Assembly (NCBI RefSeq): GCF_004010195.1
Contig: NC_057710.1
Coordinates: 35,632,869-35,696,629, forward strand
Direction: 5' to 3'
From: Chiloscyllium plagiosum
Lineage: Eukaryota
Length of the DNA: 63,761 bases
Under the pieces are notes generated by a model that did no database searches, was not told where the DNA came from, and saw only the letters and a list, made by a program, of their open reading frames with translations. Positions 25,404-37,645 of this stretch are shown piece by piece. A program made the position numbers and the translations under genes. The first letter of the stretch is position 1, and each line of letters begins with the position of its first letter.

Positions 25404-25689
25404 TCATTTTGAAGTGCAAATCTCCTGCCTTCTCCTGCATACATTTGCACAAATTATTTCTATCCAACTAATCATCCAAAGCGCTCTCAAATGACTTAAT
25501 TGAACTTTCCATCCACACACTTCCAGGCAGTGCATTCCATACCCTAACTGCTCGCTGAGTGAAAACCTTTAACCATACTTCTTTTGCAGGTCACTTCTGA
25601 CCCATGCTGGTGATGGGAGCAATGTTGAACAGTGACAGTACAGACAGGGCTAATCATTACAACTTGTTGTAAAAAAAACCCACAACCTT

Positions 25690-25895
25690 TCTGCCTCAAA
25701 AAGTGGGTGAGGCCTAAGCATTGAATGTTTTCCAGGAGACTTAGGTATGGTTCTTATGGCTAAAAGGATCAAAAGGTATGGGGTGAAAATGGGAATAAGC
25801 TATTAAGTTGGATGATCAGCCATGCCCACACTGAATGGTGGAGCAAGCTGGAAGATTTAAATGCCTGCTTGCATTCTGGTTTCTATGTCTCTGCA
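25690..25895 (+). mobile_element. CR1 3' tail fragment
   Basis: ctgcctcaaaaagtgggtgaggcc...ggatgatcagccatgcccacactgaatggtggagcaagct. Confidence 0.7.
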
Positions 25896-27002
25896 ATACT
25901 ATGTAATGCTTCAAACCATCCACAAGGTTTGAAATTTCAGATGTATGATTCAAATTGTTTGACAGCCAAAGATTCAGATCTAAATTGTTGATATTATAAG
26001 CAGAAGGAATTAGAGACAGTTAGCATGGCTGAAAACTCTCCTATTGCGGAGATGAGTCAGTCGAGAGATAATATGGCACATTTTGCAAGATTACAAGCCT
26101 TCCAATTTTGAAGAAATCTTTAAAAATTGCACATCTATTTGATCCAAATTGTAGGAGGTTTTGTCAGAAGAGACCAAGTCTCCAAGAAGTAAAGTAGAAT
26201 TGGGAGATTATATTTAAAAAGGTGTAAATGGTATATATAAGACAGCAAAATGAACTGAAGGACCTTAAAGTAGTGATTTGCAAACCTTTTTGGTTAAATT
26301 GCACATTTTAAATAGACTTGTAATTCCAGATGTCTTATGCATTTGCATCTCTGAATGTGAATTTTATCAGTGAATGATGTTTGTCAGGGCTGTCTGATAT
26401 ACTGAAAGTTGAGATGAAATGCAAACTTTTATCTTTCATTTAATTAAAAGATAACCTGACGAGTTCAGAATACTCCTGTTAATATTTTACCATGTGACAC
26501 CTCCCCACTTGAGCAGGTGTATGGTTAGGTCTCATGGCACCTATTGGGATCACCACCATGTTTCAGGCCATGCTGCATGTTGCTTACGGTTTTTATTCCT
26601 CCCATTTTGTTGTTTACCGGTTTGTTTAGAATATCACTGACATGCAGTTTGGTGTGCAATATTCCTGCCACTGGGATACTGCCAACATCTGAGATGGCCA
26701 TTGTAGTCCGGGTCAGCTTGATGATCATTTCAGGCCCCAGGACAAGGCTAGAATAGCATTGCCTTTCTGTCTTCTCCACAGCTCCAGCCCCTGGCACAGG
26801 TACAGCCCTTTGGATCCATTCCTGATGTTTACCATGCAACTCATGAGATTGACAGTCAGTGTTAAGAGTTTTTAATTTGACTACATGTCCATTTCCAGAG
26901 TCAAATTGACCCCAGATGTTGTCACATTCCCTTAACAGTATATCGCAGTGTTAGAACACCAGGCCCCCAGACCAGGCATGGAACTCGACATTGAAAAACT
27001 GC

Positions 27003-27515
27003 AAAAGTGAGGATTGCAGATGCTGGAAATCAGAGTCTAGTTTAGCGTGGTCCTGGAAAAGCACAGAGGGTCAGGCAGCATCCAAGGAGCAGGAAAATCG
27101 ATGTTTCGGGCAAAACCCTTTATCAAAAATGAAGGCAGGGAGCCTCCGGGGTGGAGAGATAAATGGGGGAGTGGGGCTGGGGAGAAGGTAGCCAACAGTA
27201 CAATAGATGGATGGAGGTGAGGATGAAGGTGATGGGTCGGAGAGGAGGGTGGAGCGGATAGGTGGAAAGGAAGATTGGCAGGTAGGACAGGTCATGAGGA
27301 TGGTGCTCCTGGAGATGTTCCCTAAAGCACTCTGCGAGAAGGCATCCAGTCTCCCCAATGTAGAGGAGACCGCATCGGGAGCAACGGATACAATAAATGA
27401 CATTGGTGGATGTGCAGGTGAAACTTTGATGGATGTGAAAGGCTCCTTTAGGGCCTTGGATAGAGGTGAGGGAGGAGGTGTGGGTGCAGATTTTGCAATT
27501 CCTGCGGTGGCAGGA
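27003..27515 (-). mobile_element. Penelope fragment: GIY-YIG endonuclease N-terminal part (internal deletion) plus pLTR
   Basis: CKICTHTS...FTCTSTNVIYCIRCSRCGLLYIGETG...FREHL (VIY...YIG motif); pLTR at 27003-27125. Confidence 0.92.
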
Positions 27516-27524
27516 GGAGGAAAA

Positions 27525-27960
27525 CTGCACAGTTGTGGGGACCTCATTGCAGAGAGTTCAGAAATGATTTCCAAGAATGGTTCCAGGGCTGAGAAACATC
27601 AGTTATGGGGATAGATTTAAGAAGTTGGGAGTATTCTCTTTCAAGAGAAGAAAGTTGAGTGTTTTGATGGAGGTTTTGGAAATTGTGAGCAGACTGGATA
27701 GAATAGATAGAGAAAGAAGAACAAGTGGACATAGATTGAAGATGATATACAAATAAAACAAGGGAATTGTAAGATGTACACAGCGGGTAGTTAGGATATA
27801 GAATGCCCTGCCTGGAAATATGGTGAGGTATTCAGGAGGGCATTGGATGATTATTTGAAAAAAAAAAGCAGTGTGCAAAAATATGGGGGAAAGGCAGGGA
27901 ATTGGCGCTAGGTAATGAAGATCATTGGGCTGAATGGCCTCCATCTATGGTTCTGTGAAT
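27525..27960 (+). mobile_element. CR1 3' fragment
   Basis: gagagttcagaaatgatttccaagaatggttccagg...gggctgaatggcctccatctatggttctgtga. Confidence 0.75.
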
Positions 27961-28472
27961 GGTGAGTAGATTCAAGCTGCTGCTGACTTTCATCAGCCTG
28001 TGCCAAGGTCGCAAAGCATGTGGGAAGGTATCAAAACATGTCTTGATGCCTGTATTTCTCACTGTGCTCCCAGTCCAGGCATAAAATCCCCATTTCCCTG
28101 GATTCGGGAAGATCCCTCCCTAATTTCAGTAAAAGCCACAGTGACTAGCAGATTGCTGTAAACATACCTGTCTTTCTGCTGGCCTCTAGGACAGGGCATG
28201 TGGCTTCTTTACCTCGTCCGGCCTCTATTGAGCTCCAAATCCACACTGTGATTGGATCTTAACTGCCCTCTTAAATGGTCCAGTAAGCCTGCAGAAGGTG
28301 ACTCCTCATCACCACCTTCCCAAGGGCAACTAGAGTTGGCCAATAAGCTTCCATCATGTGAATGTATAAATCAAAAGATGGATTTTCATGACATTGCATT
28401 CACTGTAAATTATAGGAGGTATATTTAACAAGCTGAAATTCCCGGCTCTTGTGGCTGCGTTTGAACTCAGAG

Positions 28473-28940
28473 GCTGAATTTTGCGGGCAGCTGATGGAGG
28501 CCAGAAGCCAAGAAGTCAGCTGCTCCATGAGGCAGGTATTCAATAGGGATGCCAATCAGCAGGAGATAGCAGCAGCCCAGGAGGTGGCAGATTAGGAGGT
28601 GGAGGAATCATAAGAGGCAAAGGTTTCCTAATGTACAGAAGGCCACATGTGGGAGGCACAACCCCTACAGTGCCTCTAGAGAGCTTTCCCTTACTCTCTG
28701 CAGGCTTTTCTCCCCTTGGCCATCTAATATTCTTTTGTTTGTATTTACTCCAGGTGTGGCTGCTGAGGCTTCAGAACTGATCAGGCTAACTGTTTGGAAA
28801 GCCGGCTTGCCATTCTTGATGCGATGGCAGACTCAGAGGTGGTCAATTAGGAGTCCTCCTCTGATAATAGCTTTAAGCTGTTCCAGCTGCCCCCATTTGG
28901 TGCCAATGTTGGGAACCTGAAATCCATGGGAAAATTCAGC
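28473..28940. mobile_element. Putative non-autonomous DNA transposon (MITE, Harbinger-like termini)
   Basis: 10-bp terminal inverted repeats GCTGAATTTT (28473-28482) / AAAATTCAGC (28931-28940); it interrupts a repeat that reads through on both sides. Confidence 0.5.
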
Positions 28941-30854
28941 TCTATATTTCCAGTGCTTGGTCTGGCCATCTGGATTACTTGACCAGGAACATAACCACTT
29001 TTGCTCCTGGACTTTTTTGCCATTACATTTGATAATCAGAAAGTTTTGAGGCCAGTATTCAAAACATGAAGTTCCAGATATCTGTTTCTAAGAAAAGAGT
29101 CACATTTCACGGTCGGCACAGGCATGTTGGGCAAAAAGGCTTGTACCTGTGCTTTCTTTGTTTAATTTTAGCTCTGAAGTGTCCACATAGTGAAAACTAA
29201 AGAAAGTCACTTTATTGAATGGCTATCCCTTACAGCAACGAAGAGGCGGAATGAGTAGCCTAACAGACATATCTGCAACGAGAAAGGGGAAGAAAATATT
29301 AAAGTATAGGAACGCACAGGAGGAGGAAATAGTCCAGAGCAGTGGCCAATGATCATAGAACAAAAAACATATTTTCTACAAAATTTACTGAATCCAATTC
29401 TGGTTGAAAATCATCAGCAAAAAATAAGTGCAGAGTGTACCACGTAGACCTCCAACTTTATTTGTGAGAGATAATGAAGTGAATGTGTTGCTGAAGAATT
29501 ACAAAGAAGATTGAAGAAAGTAGGGGTCCAAAGGTAAAATGAATCAAATTCTATAAACTTCTTTCAAAGATTAACAAGTTGAATTGAGGTGAATGCTCTC
29601 TGACAAGAGAGAATAAGTGAAACACACATCTCCCATGATAAATATGAGCTTAGACAAACTACTAGCTGGCCGTAATACATCCTCACAAATATCTAGATAC
29701 TCCTGGAGTGACAGCATTAAGCCCAATTAATTTTTATGGCATGATGCTCACCATGTTCCTCACTGTAATGCATGATCATACTGGCACTGACAATGACGGC
29801 TCAGAGGCAACTGCTGGGAAGCTGGGATAGTCAGGGAAGAGTAATTGCATGAGTAGTGGGGACCCCTGGAATAGGGGGGAACCAGGTGCTTGTTTTGGGA
29901 TAAGGAGGACCATTTCTGCTTATCCTGGTTCACAAGCAAACCACAAATCAATTTTTAGAAACGAACCTGACTAAGCCCCTGATACCCCTCCCAGTGCAGC
30001 TAATGACAGCAGTCGTTGCTCACAATTTCCGAAACCTCCATCAAAGAGTGCAAACTGTCTCTGGTGACTGTTCTTGGTGTTTTTAATATAAAATTGCAGT
30101 TAGCCAGAGTGGAGCAGTAAATTCCCACTCCCATCCCCCTTCTGTTTCCTGTCAGTGGGGATGCTAAATTCAAGCCTCTCATCTTAATAGGGTACACAGT
30201 GAGCTAAGACTGGGCAATCGATTCACAGAGAATGGATAATCCATTCTTTAAGCTTTCTTAAAAGGCCATCTCATCTAAAATATTTTGTTACCACAGGAAC
30301 TATTATTAGTTTGTTATTGATTAAGCTGAGCTGAGCGAGTAAAATATTTTAGTGCCTCTGTAAATTTCTATTTTATGCTGGTGCAAGGGATTTGACTTAA
30401 AAAAATGCTGAATCTGGGTTAATTCATACAAATAATAAAAAAGAGAAACAATGCAATAAGGTGAATTTTCAGACTGACTCAGCCATCCTTGGCATAGATT
30501 TAAGTGTGGATTCTCTAGGTCCAGCACTCTGGTACAGTGAGTATAAGTACTCGGAAATTGATTGGTGGACACACATGTTGTAGTGGATGCCTTCCAGCCT
30601 TCCTACATGTTACCATTCAAGATGTTTTTGTGAATTTTCCTCCCCATACAAGTTTTCTGCATTCCCAAGAAGACTTGGTGTGGTCTACAGACACCATGTC
30701 TTCAGGTGATGCATAATTATCAAAACAAAGCAATGGCCAGCATTTGTAAATGCAAAAACACTGACCATTGCTCAATCTGGAGCAAGCCGTCACTGACACA
30801 ACAAAAGGTTTGGCAGACAAAGAATGGGATTCTAACCAGCTTTTTAAAAAAAAA

Positions 30855-31449
30855 TCGAGGAAGTAAGAAAAATATGCAGAGGTTGTTTTTCATTTATTCC
30901 TGGAATCTATGCAGAAGAAATAGGGATGGATCTGCACTTTTATTTTACCACAGGATACCTAATGCATTGATAACTGAGGTAGAGTGCGGGTAATGAAAAC
31001 AAAAAAATGTTGGAAATCACAGTGGGTCAGGCAGTGACTTTGACCGACTTGGTTTCCTGAGCCTCAGGATAGCTGACAGTTCCATCCTGGGGAGGGTTTC
31101 CCAAATTCAGAGGGTGCAAGCTCTTATGCTTCCCTCTTCGATCTGGCTTATCTGTTTGAGCAACATGCATTGGGCTATTTCCCCAGACCATTCCTCGAGA
31201 CATTCGACTTGAGGTTGGATGGAAATCCTGCAAACTCGAAATGTGAGCTTGCTCTCTCTCCACAGATGCTGCCTGACCAGTGTGATTTCCAACATTTTTT
31301 TGTTTTCACTACAGGCACTCTACCTCAGTTATCTACGCATTAGGTATCTTGTGGTGAAATGGACAGAACACATCCATCTCGATTTCTTTTGCATATAATT
31401 CAGGGAATCAATGGAAAATAAATACTGCATATTTTTCTTACTTCCTCGA
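30855..31449. repeat. Long imperfect inverted repeat (~180-bp arms, ~235-bp spacer) incorporating PLE pLTR ends
   Basis: Arm 1 30855-31034 (tcgaggaagtaagaaaaatatgcag...gataactgaggtagagtgc...ggtcaggcag); arm 2 31269-31449 is its reverse complement. Confidence 0.9.
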
Positions 31450-32129
31450 ATAGTTTTTCCTATGTTCTGAAGCTAATTTGTATATCTGTACATGTGGTGA
31501 CATGCATCGGTGTTTCCCCACTCTGTAGGGAATTGCCTTATCCTTTGCCTTTTAATTTTACTTAGAGATCCTGGCTGGAAAGGACAAAACCATTGCCATT
31601 AGTTACCTTAATGGAATATATGTTTTCCTGTCACTTCATGACACAATGCACAACAAGCTTCCAAATCAAGATAAATTTAAAAGCAATGTTACTTTGCCGA
31701 AACTGAGTAAGATATACCAATAGCATTCATTCTCAATGCATTTTACTTTATTTGGTCAGTAGCATATCTGATAAACACAGAAATTCATTATCATCCTTAA
31801 TAGTCTCCAAACCTTGGAACTGAGGAAAATGTGTAGGTGGAGTGTATGTTATTTATTTCAATTGTTCTTCTCCAGAATGCATCAGCTATGCCCAGAAATT
31901 TGAAGTGGTAGTTGGTGATATACAGGATAAATGAATTTGCAATTCTGAGTAGGGGTATTACTTGTTTAATGGGATGAAACTAAAAGCCCTGCTAGCTTCT
32001 TGCTTTTTAAAAATTTTGCACATTAGTTGTTAGAATATTGGCACTCAGAGTGAGCTTGAGCTAAGTAAGAAGAGTCCCAGACCTCTCCAGTGAACCTGTC
32101 CATATCTCAGTAATTAAGAAGAGTTGGCG

Positions 32130-32410
32130 CATTTTCATCAGTAACTCATTGAACTACTAGAGTCGTGGTCAATTCATGATTGTGGACAATCGCAGAAGCG
32201 GAAAATGAAGTAGAGAGGCTTTGAGGTTTGAGCAGGGAATTCCAGGGCTAAGGACATAAGTAGCTGAAGACATGGCCATTATTGTTTGAACAATGAAAAT
32301 TAGGCTGCATAAGGGGGCACAATTGGAGGAATGTTGAGACTTCACAGGATGATAATTTTAAAATTGAGGCATTGCCAAGCCTACAGCCATAAAGCACAAC
32401 ATAAAAATTG
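32130..32410 (-). mobile_element. L2 LINE fragment
   Basis: gtagagaggctttgaggtttgagcagggaattccagggct...gataattttaaaattgaggcattgcc. Confidence 0.6.
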
Positions 32411-32918
32411 ATGAAAGGTGAATTAAAAATTAATTTAGGAGATGTGGACTTTATTGTCTGTGCCAGCATTTATATCCTATCCCTACCTGCCCTTGAGAAG
32501 GTGATGGTGAGCTACCTTCTTGAAATTTTGCAGTCCTTGTGCAGACCTACAATGCTGTTAGGGAGGGTGTTACAAGATATTGGTGCAACGACACTGAAGG
32601 AATAGTGAAATAGTTCCAACTCAGGATGGTGAATGGCTTGGAGGGGAACTTCCAGATGGTGGTGTTCCCATGTATTTGCTGCTCTTATCCATTTAGATAG
32701 TAAAGGTCGTGGGTTGGGAAGGTGCTATGCAAGGAACTTTTGTGATTTTCATCAGTGCAAATTGTAGTGAGTACATGCTGCTGCTACTGAGTATCAGTGG
32801 TGAAGGGAATGGATATTTGTGGATATGAACCAGATCAAATTTATCCTGAATGGTGTCAAACCACTTGAGTAATGTTGGAGTTGCACACATCCAGGGAAAT
32901 GGGGAATATTCCATCACA

Positions 32919-33137
32919 TGATAAAACGTGGAGCTGGAAAAAACACAGCAGGTCAAGCAACACCGGAGGGGCAAGAGAGTCAATGTTTCAGGTAGGACTC
33001 TTCATCAGGCTAAATGAATCCTGCCCAAACATTGACTCCCCTGCTCCTCTGATGCTGCTTAACCTGCTGTGTTGTTTCCAGCTCCACGTTTTATCGACTC
33101 TGACTTTCTAGCATCTGCAGTTCTCACTATCTCCAAG
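32919..33137 (+). mobile_element. PLE foldback insertion with 12-bp TSD
   Basis: Arms gataaaacgtggagctggaaa... and ...tttccagctccacgttttatc; TSD tattccatcaca (32907-32918 and 33138-33149); minus-strand CTGATGA...GAAAC at ~32980-33008. Confidence 0.9.
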
Positions 33138-34715
33138 TATTCCATCACACTCATGAACTTGTGTCTTGATAATAGACACTTTGTGGCGTCATAAGGTGAA
33201 TTTGTTTCTGACTTACTTTTGTAGCTACAGTATTTGTACAGCTAGTCCAGTTCACTTTCTGTTCAATAGTAACGCCTAGGAGTTGATAGTGGGGCATTCA
33301 GTTATGATAACACCATTGAATGTAAAGTGGCAGTGGTTAGAATTTCCTTTGTTTGAGATGATCATTAGGAACATGTGCAATGCAAACCTAGATATAATAC
33401 AGGTCTGATTGCATTTGAACATGGACTGTTTCAGCATTAGAACAGTTGTGAATGATGCTGAACATTGTGTATTAATCTGCAAACATTTCCACTTTTGATC
33501 TTTTGATAAAAGGATGGGTTGATGGAGCACCAGAAGATGCCCACCCACAGCTTCCAACCTCATAGTCCGGGAACCCCGCACTGCCCGGTTCTACCTCCTT
33601 CCCAAGATCCACAAGCCTGACCACCCTGGCTGACCCATTGTCTCAGCATGCTCCTGCCCCACTGAACTCATCTCTACCTACCTCGACACTGTCCTATCCC
33701 CCTAGTCCAGGAACTCCCCACATACCGTTCGAGACACCACCCACGCCCTCCACCTCCTCCAAGACTTCCGTTTCCCCGGCCCCCAACGCCTCATCTTCAC
33801 CATGGATATCCAATCCCTCTACACCTCCATCCACCATGACCAGGGCCTCCAAGCCCTCCGTTTTTACCTCTCCAGACGTCCCCAACAGTACCCTTCCACC
33901 GACACTCTCATTCGCTTGGCCGAACTGGTCCTCACCCTTAACAACTCCTTCGAATCCTCCCACTTCCTCCAGACCAAAGGGGTAGCCATGGGCACACATA
34001 TGGGCCCCAGCTATGCCTGTCTCTTGGTTGGCTACGTAGAGCAGTTGATCTTCCGTAATTACACCGGCACCACTCCCCACCTCTTCCTCCACTACATTGA
34101 TGACTGCATTGGCGCCACCTCGTGCTCCCGCGAGGAGGTTGAGCAATTCATCAACTTCACCAACACATTCCACCCCGACCTTAAATTTACCTGGACCATC
34201 TCCGACACCTGGCTCCCCTTCCTGGACCTCTCCATCTCCATCAGTGACGACAGACTTGACACTGACATTTTCTACAAACCCACCGACCCACAGCTACCTG
34301 GATTACACCTCTTCCCACCCGACCTCTTGCAAAAATGCCATCCCGTATTCCCAATCCCTCCGCCTCCGCCGTATCTGCTCCCAGGAGGAGCGGTTCCACC
34401 ATAGAACACACCAGATGGCCTCCTTCTTTACAGACCGCAATTTCCCTTCCCACGTGGTTAAAGATGCCCTCCAACGCATCTCATCCACACCCCGCACCTC
34501 CGCCCTCAGACCCAACCCCTCCAACCGCAACAAGGACAGAACGCCCCTGGTGCCCACCTTCCACCCTACCAACCTTCGCATAAACCAAATCATCCGCCGA
34601 CATTTCCACCACCTCCAAACAGACCCCACCACCAGGGATATATTTCCCTCCCCACACCTTTCCGTCTATCGCAAAGATCGTTCCCTCCGTGACTACCTGG
34701 TCAGGTCCACGACCC

Positions 34716-35088
34716 NNNNNNNNNNNNNNNNNNNNNNNNNNNNNNNNNNNNNNNNNNNNNNNNNNNNNNNNNNNNNNNNNNNNNNNNNNNNNNNNNNNNN
34801 NNNNNNNNNNNNNNNNNNNNNNNNNNNNNNNNNNNNNNNNNNNNNNNNNNNNNNNNNNNNNNNNNNNNNNNNNNNNNNNNNNNNNNNNNNNNNNNNNNNN
34901 NNNNNNNNNNNNNNNNNNNNNNNNNNNNNNNNNNNNNNNNNNNNNNNNNNNNNNNNNNNNNNNNNNNNNNNNNNNNNNNNNNNNNNNNNNNNNNNNNNNN
35001 NNNNNNNNNNNNNNNNNNNNNNNNNNNNNNNNNNNNNNNNNNNNNNNNNNNNNNNNNNNNNNNNNNNNNNNNNNNNNNNNNNNNNNNN
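34716..35088. other. Assembly gap (N run)
   Basis: Run of n. Confidence 1.
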
Positions 35089-35127
35089 AGCTTATCTCTC
35101 CACGCTTCAGGCTCTCTGCCTTTATTC

Positions 35128-35155
35128 CTGATGAAGGGCTTTTGCCCGAAACGTC
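35128..35155 (+). ncRNA. Minimal hammerhead ribozyme motif (intact core) in Penelope pLTR
   Basis: CTGATGA-A-GGGC-TTTT-GCCC-GAAA-CGTC. Confidence 0.72.
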
Positions 35156-36029
35156 GATTTTGCTGCTCGTCGGATGCTGCCTGAATTGCTGTGCTCTTCC
35201 AGCACCACTGATCCAGAATATGCTGTGGAAGTCATTCGGACATGATCCTGAGTTGAGATGACTGACTTCCAACAACCACAGCAATCTTCCTATGTGCTAT
35301 ATTTGACTAACCAATGGAGGGTTTTCCTCCTGATTGACTCCAGTTTTACTTGGGCTCCTTTTTGCCACTCATTCAAATGCAGCTACAATTCAAGGGCAAT
35401 TACTCTTGCCTCATGTCTAGAATTCAGCTCTTTTTTCTTTGCTTGAAATAAAGCTGTAATGAGTGGCCCTGGCAGAATGCAAACTGCCAGTGAGGACTTA
35501 ATGTGAGTAAGGATATACACTGGAGGGTTCTGACTCAGCTCACAGTACAACGAGATACTTTGACCAAGGACACAATGAAATAGTCACCTCTGAATGGAAC
35601 AAAAGTACAACTGAAGATTTCAGCTGTAGGTGAAATAAAATAATGGCAGAGATGTGCCATATTACAGATGTGGAAGTAGGCCATCTTAGTGGGGAAGAGA
35701 ATATGGGATTTGAAGGTCAGATCAAGGTCAAATAAGATCACCTTTAATGCCATCTTTTGAGAGCATGGTGTATTGAGAATTTCTTACAAATGTCAAGGTG
35801 AAGACAATTGTAAAATATCCGAGTACATTATCACTATTCCTGTTGATGGATGTACTGATACAAACTATACTGTAAGATAAAGTGGTTCGATCAGTTTGGT
35901 ATGTATCAATAGTAGCTGCTGCTTGCATCTCTACTATTTACCAAAGCTAGATACCAATTTATGGTTTGTTATTAACACTGAGTACCTGCTAATTTTTTGT
36001 TGCTATTACATGAAGACTATAATTATAGA

Positions 36030-36530
36030 ATCATAGCATGATAAAGCAGTTACAGCACAGGAGGAGGTAACTCTACATTTGTTTATCTTTTTTCCATGAT
36101 TATTAAATCTGTTTTTGAGAACCATGGTTGAATCTATCTCCACTACTGTCTCAAGCAGTGCATTCCAGATCCTAACCATAACTGCATAACAATTACTTGC
36201 TACATGTCACCCTTTTCTTTGTTTCTCAATCACCTTAAACCAACTCACTTTGGTGCTTTACTCTTTGGGGAATGGAAACAGTTTCCCACTATATACCCTT
36301 TCCAAACCACTCATGTTTTGAATGCATTCTGTCAAATCTCCCCTCACTCCTCATTTTTTGTAAATAAAAGAGCTTCTTCAATCAGCCATATAACTGAAAT
36401 CCTTCATTTCTGGAACTATTCTTGTGAATTTTTTCTGCATTCTGTTGTCACACCCTTTCTATTGTGTTGTGTACAGAATTGAGTGCAGTGCTGTTTAGAC
36501 TGAACCTGTGGTTTTCAAGCCTCACCTTCT
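36030..36530 (-). mobile_element. Degraded CR1 3' end
   Basis: ggcagtgcattccagatcctaacc-like segment; gtgttgtgtacagaattgagtgcagtgc (reverse of HCTQFCT). Confidence 0.65.
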
Positions 36531-36814
36531 TGATGTTGATCTCTAGGCCTTGATCATATTAACTCACATTGGAACAGGAGAAGACTGTCGGGTCTGTCGC
36601 ACCTACTCCATTATAAACATGACTTTGGCTGATCTTGGGCTTCAAAAATGCTTTCTCGCATTGTGCCTATTTCCCATGGTTCATTAAGACACCAAAATGA
36701 TGTCTACATCAGCTGCAAATGTATTCAGTGTTGGTGTGCTAGTCCAACTATCTTTGACTGCTTCAAAACTGGCCTTCCTTATTTCACAAGGTCAGAAGTG
36801 GGGATATAATCTGA

Positions 36815-37645
36815 TTGTTACATAATTTTTAGCACCATTCTTGACTTCTTAGAATCTGAAGCAGTCCATGCTCAAATGCAACAAGATCAAGCCAATATCC
36901 AGGCATGGGCAGACAGGTGGTAAGTAACTTTTATGCCATATAAATACTAGGTATGACCATCACCAATAAGACAATCTAACCATCACCCCTTGGCATTTAA
37001 CTGTGTTCCCATCACTGAATCCCTCTTTATCAACATTCTTGGGATCACCATTGACCAGAAACTCAACTGAACTCACCACATAAACACAGTGGCCACAAGA
37101 GCAGGTCAGAGGCGAGGCATACTGAGACAATTAACTCACAGCCTGACTCTCCAAGGCCTGTCCACTATCTACAAGGCTCAAGTCAGGATTGTAATGGAAA
37201 ACTCCCCACTTGCCTGGATGGATGCAGCTCCAACAACACTTGAACAGCTTTACGCCATCCAGGACAAAGAATCCCATTTCATTGGCACCACATTCACAAA
37301 CATCAGTATGTACTATCTACAAGATGCACTGCAGAAATTCACCAAGGTCCTGAGACAGCATCTTCCAAACCCATGACCACTTCCATTTGAAGGACAAGTG
37401 CAGCAGGTACAAGGGAACACCACCATGTGCAAAAACCCCTCCAAGCCACTCACCATCCTGACTTGGAAATATACCCCCATTCCTTCACTGACACTGGGTC
37501 AAAATCCTGGAATTTCCTCCCTAACTGCATTGTGGGTCAACCTATTGCACATGGACTGCACCAGTTCAAGAATGCAGCTCACTGTTACCTTCTTGAGGCA
37601 ACCTTTGAATGGACAATAAATGCTAGCTAGCCAGTGATACCCATT
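36815..37645 (+). mobile_element. CR1-group (L2B/Crack-like) LINE 3' end
   Basis: NILGITIDQKLN..HINTVATRAGQRRGILRQLTHSLTLQGLSTIYKAQVRIVMENSPLAWMDAAPTTL; tail ggacaataaatgctagctagccagtga. Confidence 0.85.

Larger units (their letters stand above)
25090..25600 (-). mobile_element. CR1 3' tail fragment hosting a PLE foldback
   Basis: gaatcacagaggtgctagctcagaagtaggtcattcagc...ccaggcagtgcattccataccctaac. Confidence 0.65.
33540..35220 (+). mobile_element. Penelope-like retroelement, 5'-truncated (RT, gap over GIY-YIG, pLTR)
   Basis: FYLLPKIHK, MDIQSLYTSI, QTKGVAMGTHMGPSYACL, YIDD, LPFLDL, SYLDYTSSHP; in-frame stop at ~33631 and frameshift near 34290; pLTR 35089-35217. Confidence 0.96.
32440..35490 (-). 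mobile_element. Old CR1-group (L2B/Crack-like) LINE, split by a foldback and a Penelope (pieces ~32440-33539 and ~35221-35490)
   Basis: VMEYSPFPWMCATPTLLKWFDTIQDK and ISNKGNSNHCHFTFNGVIITECPTIN; upstream RT region continues after 35221. Confidence 0.8.
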
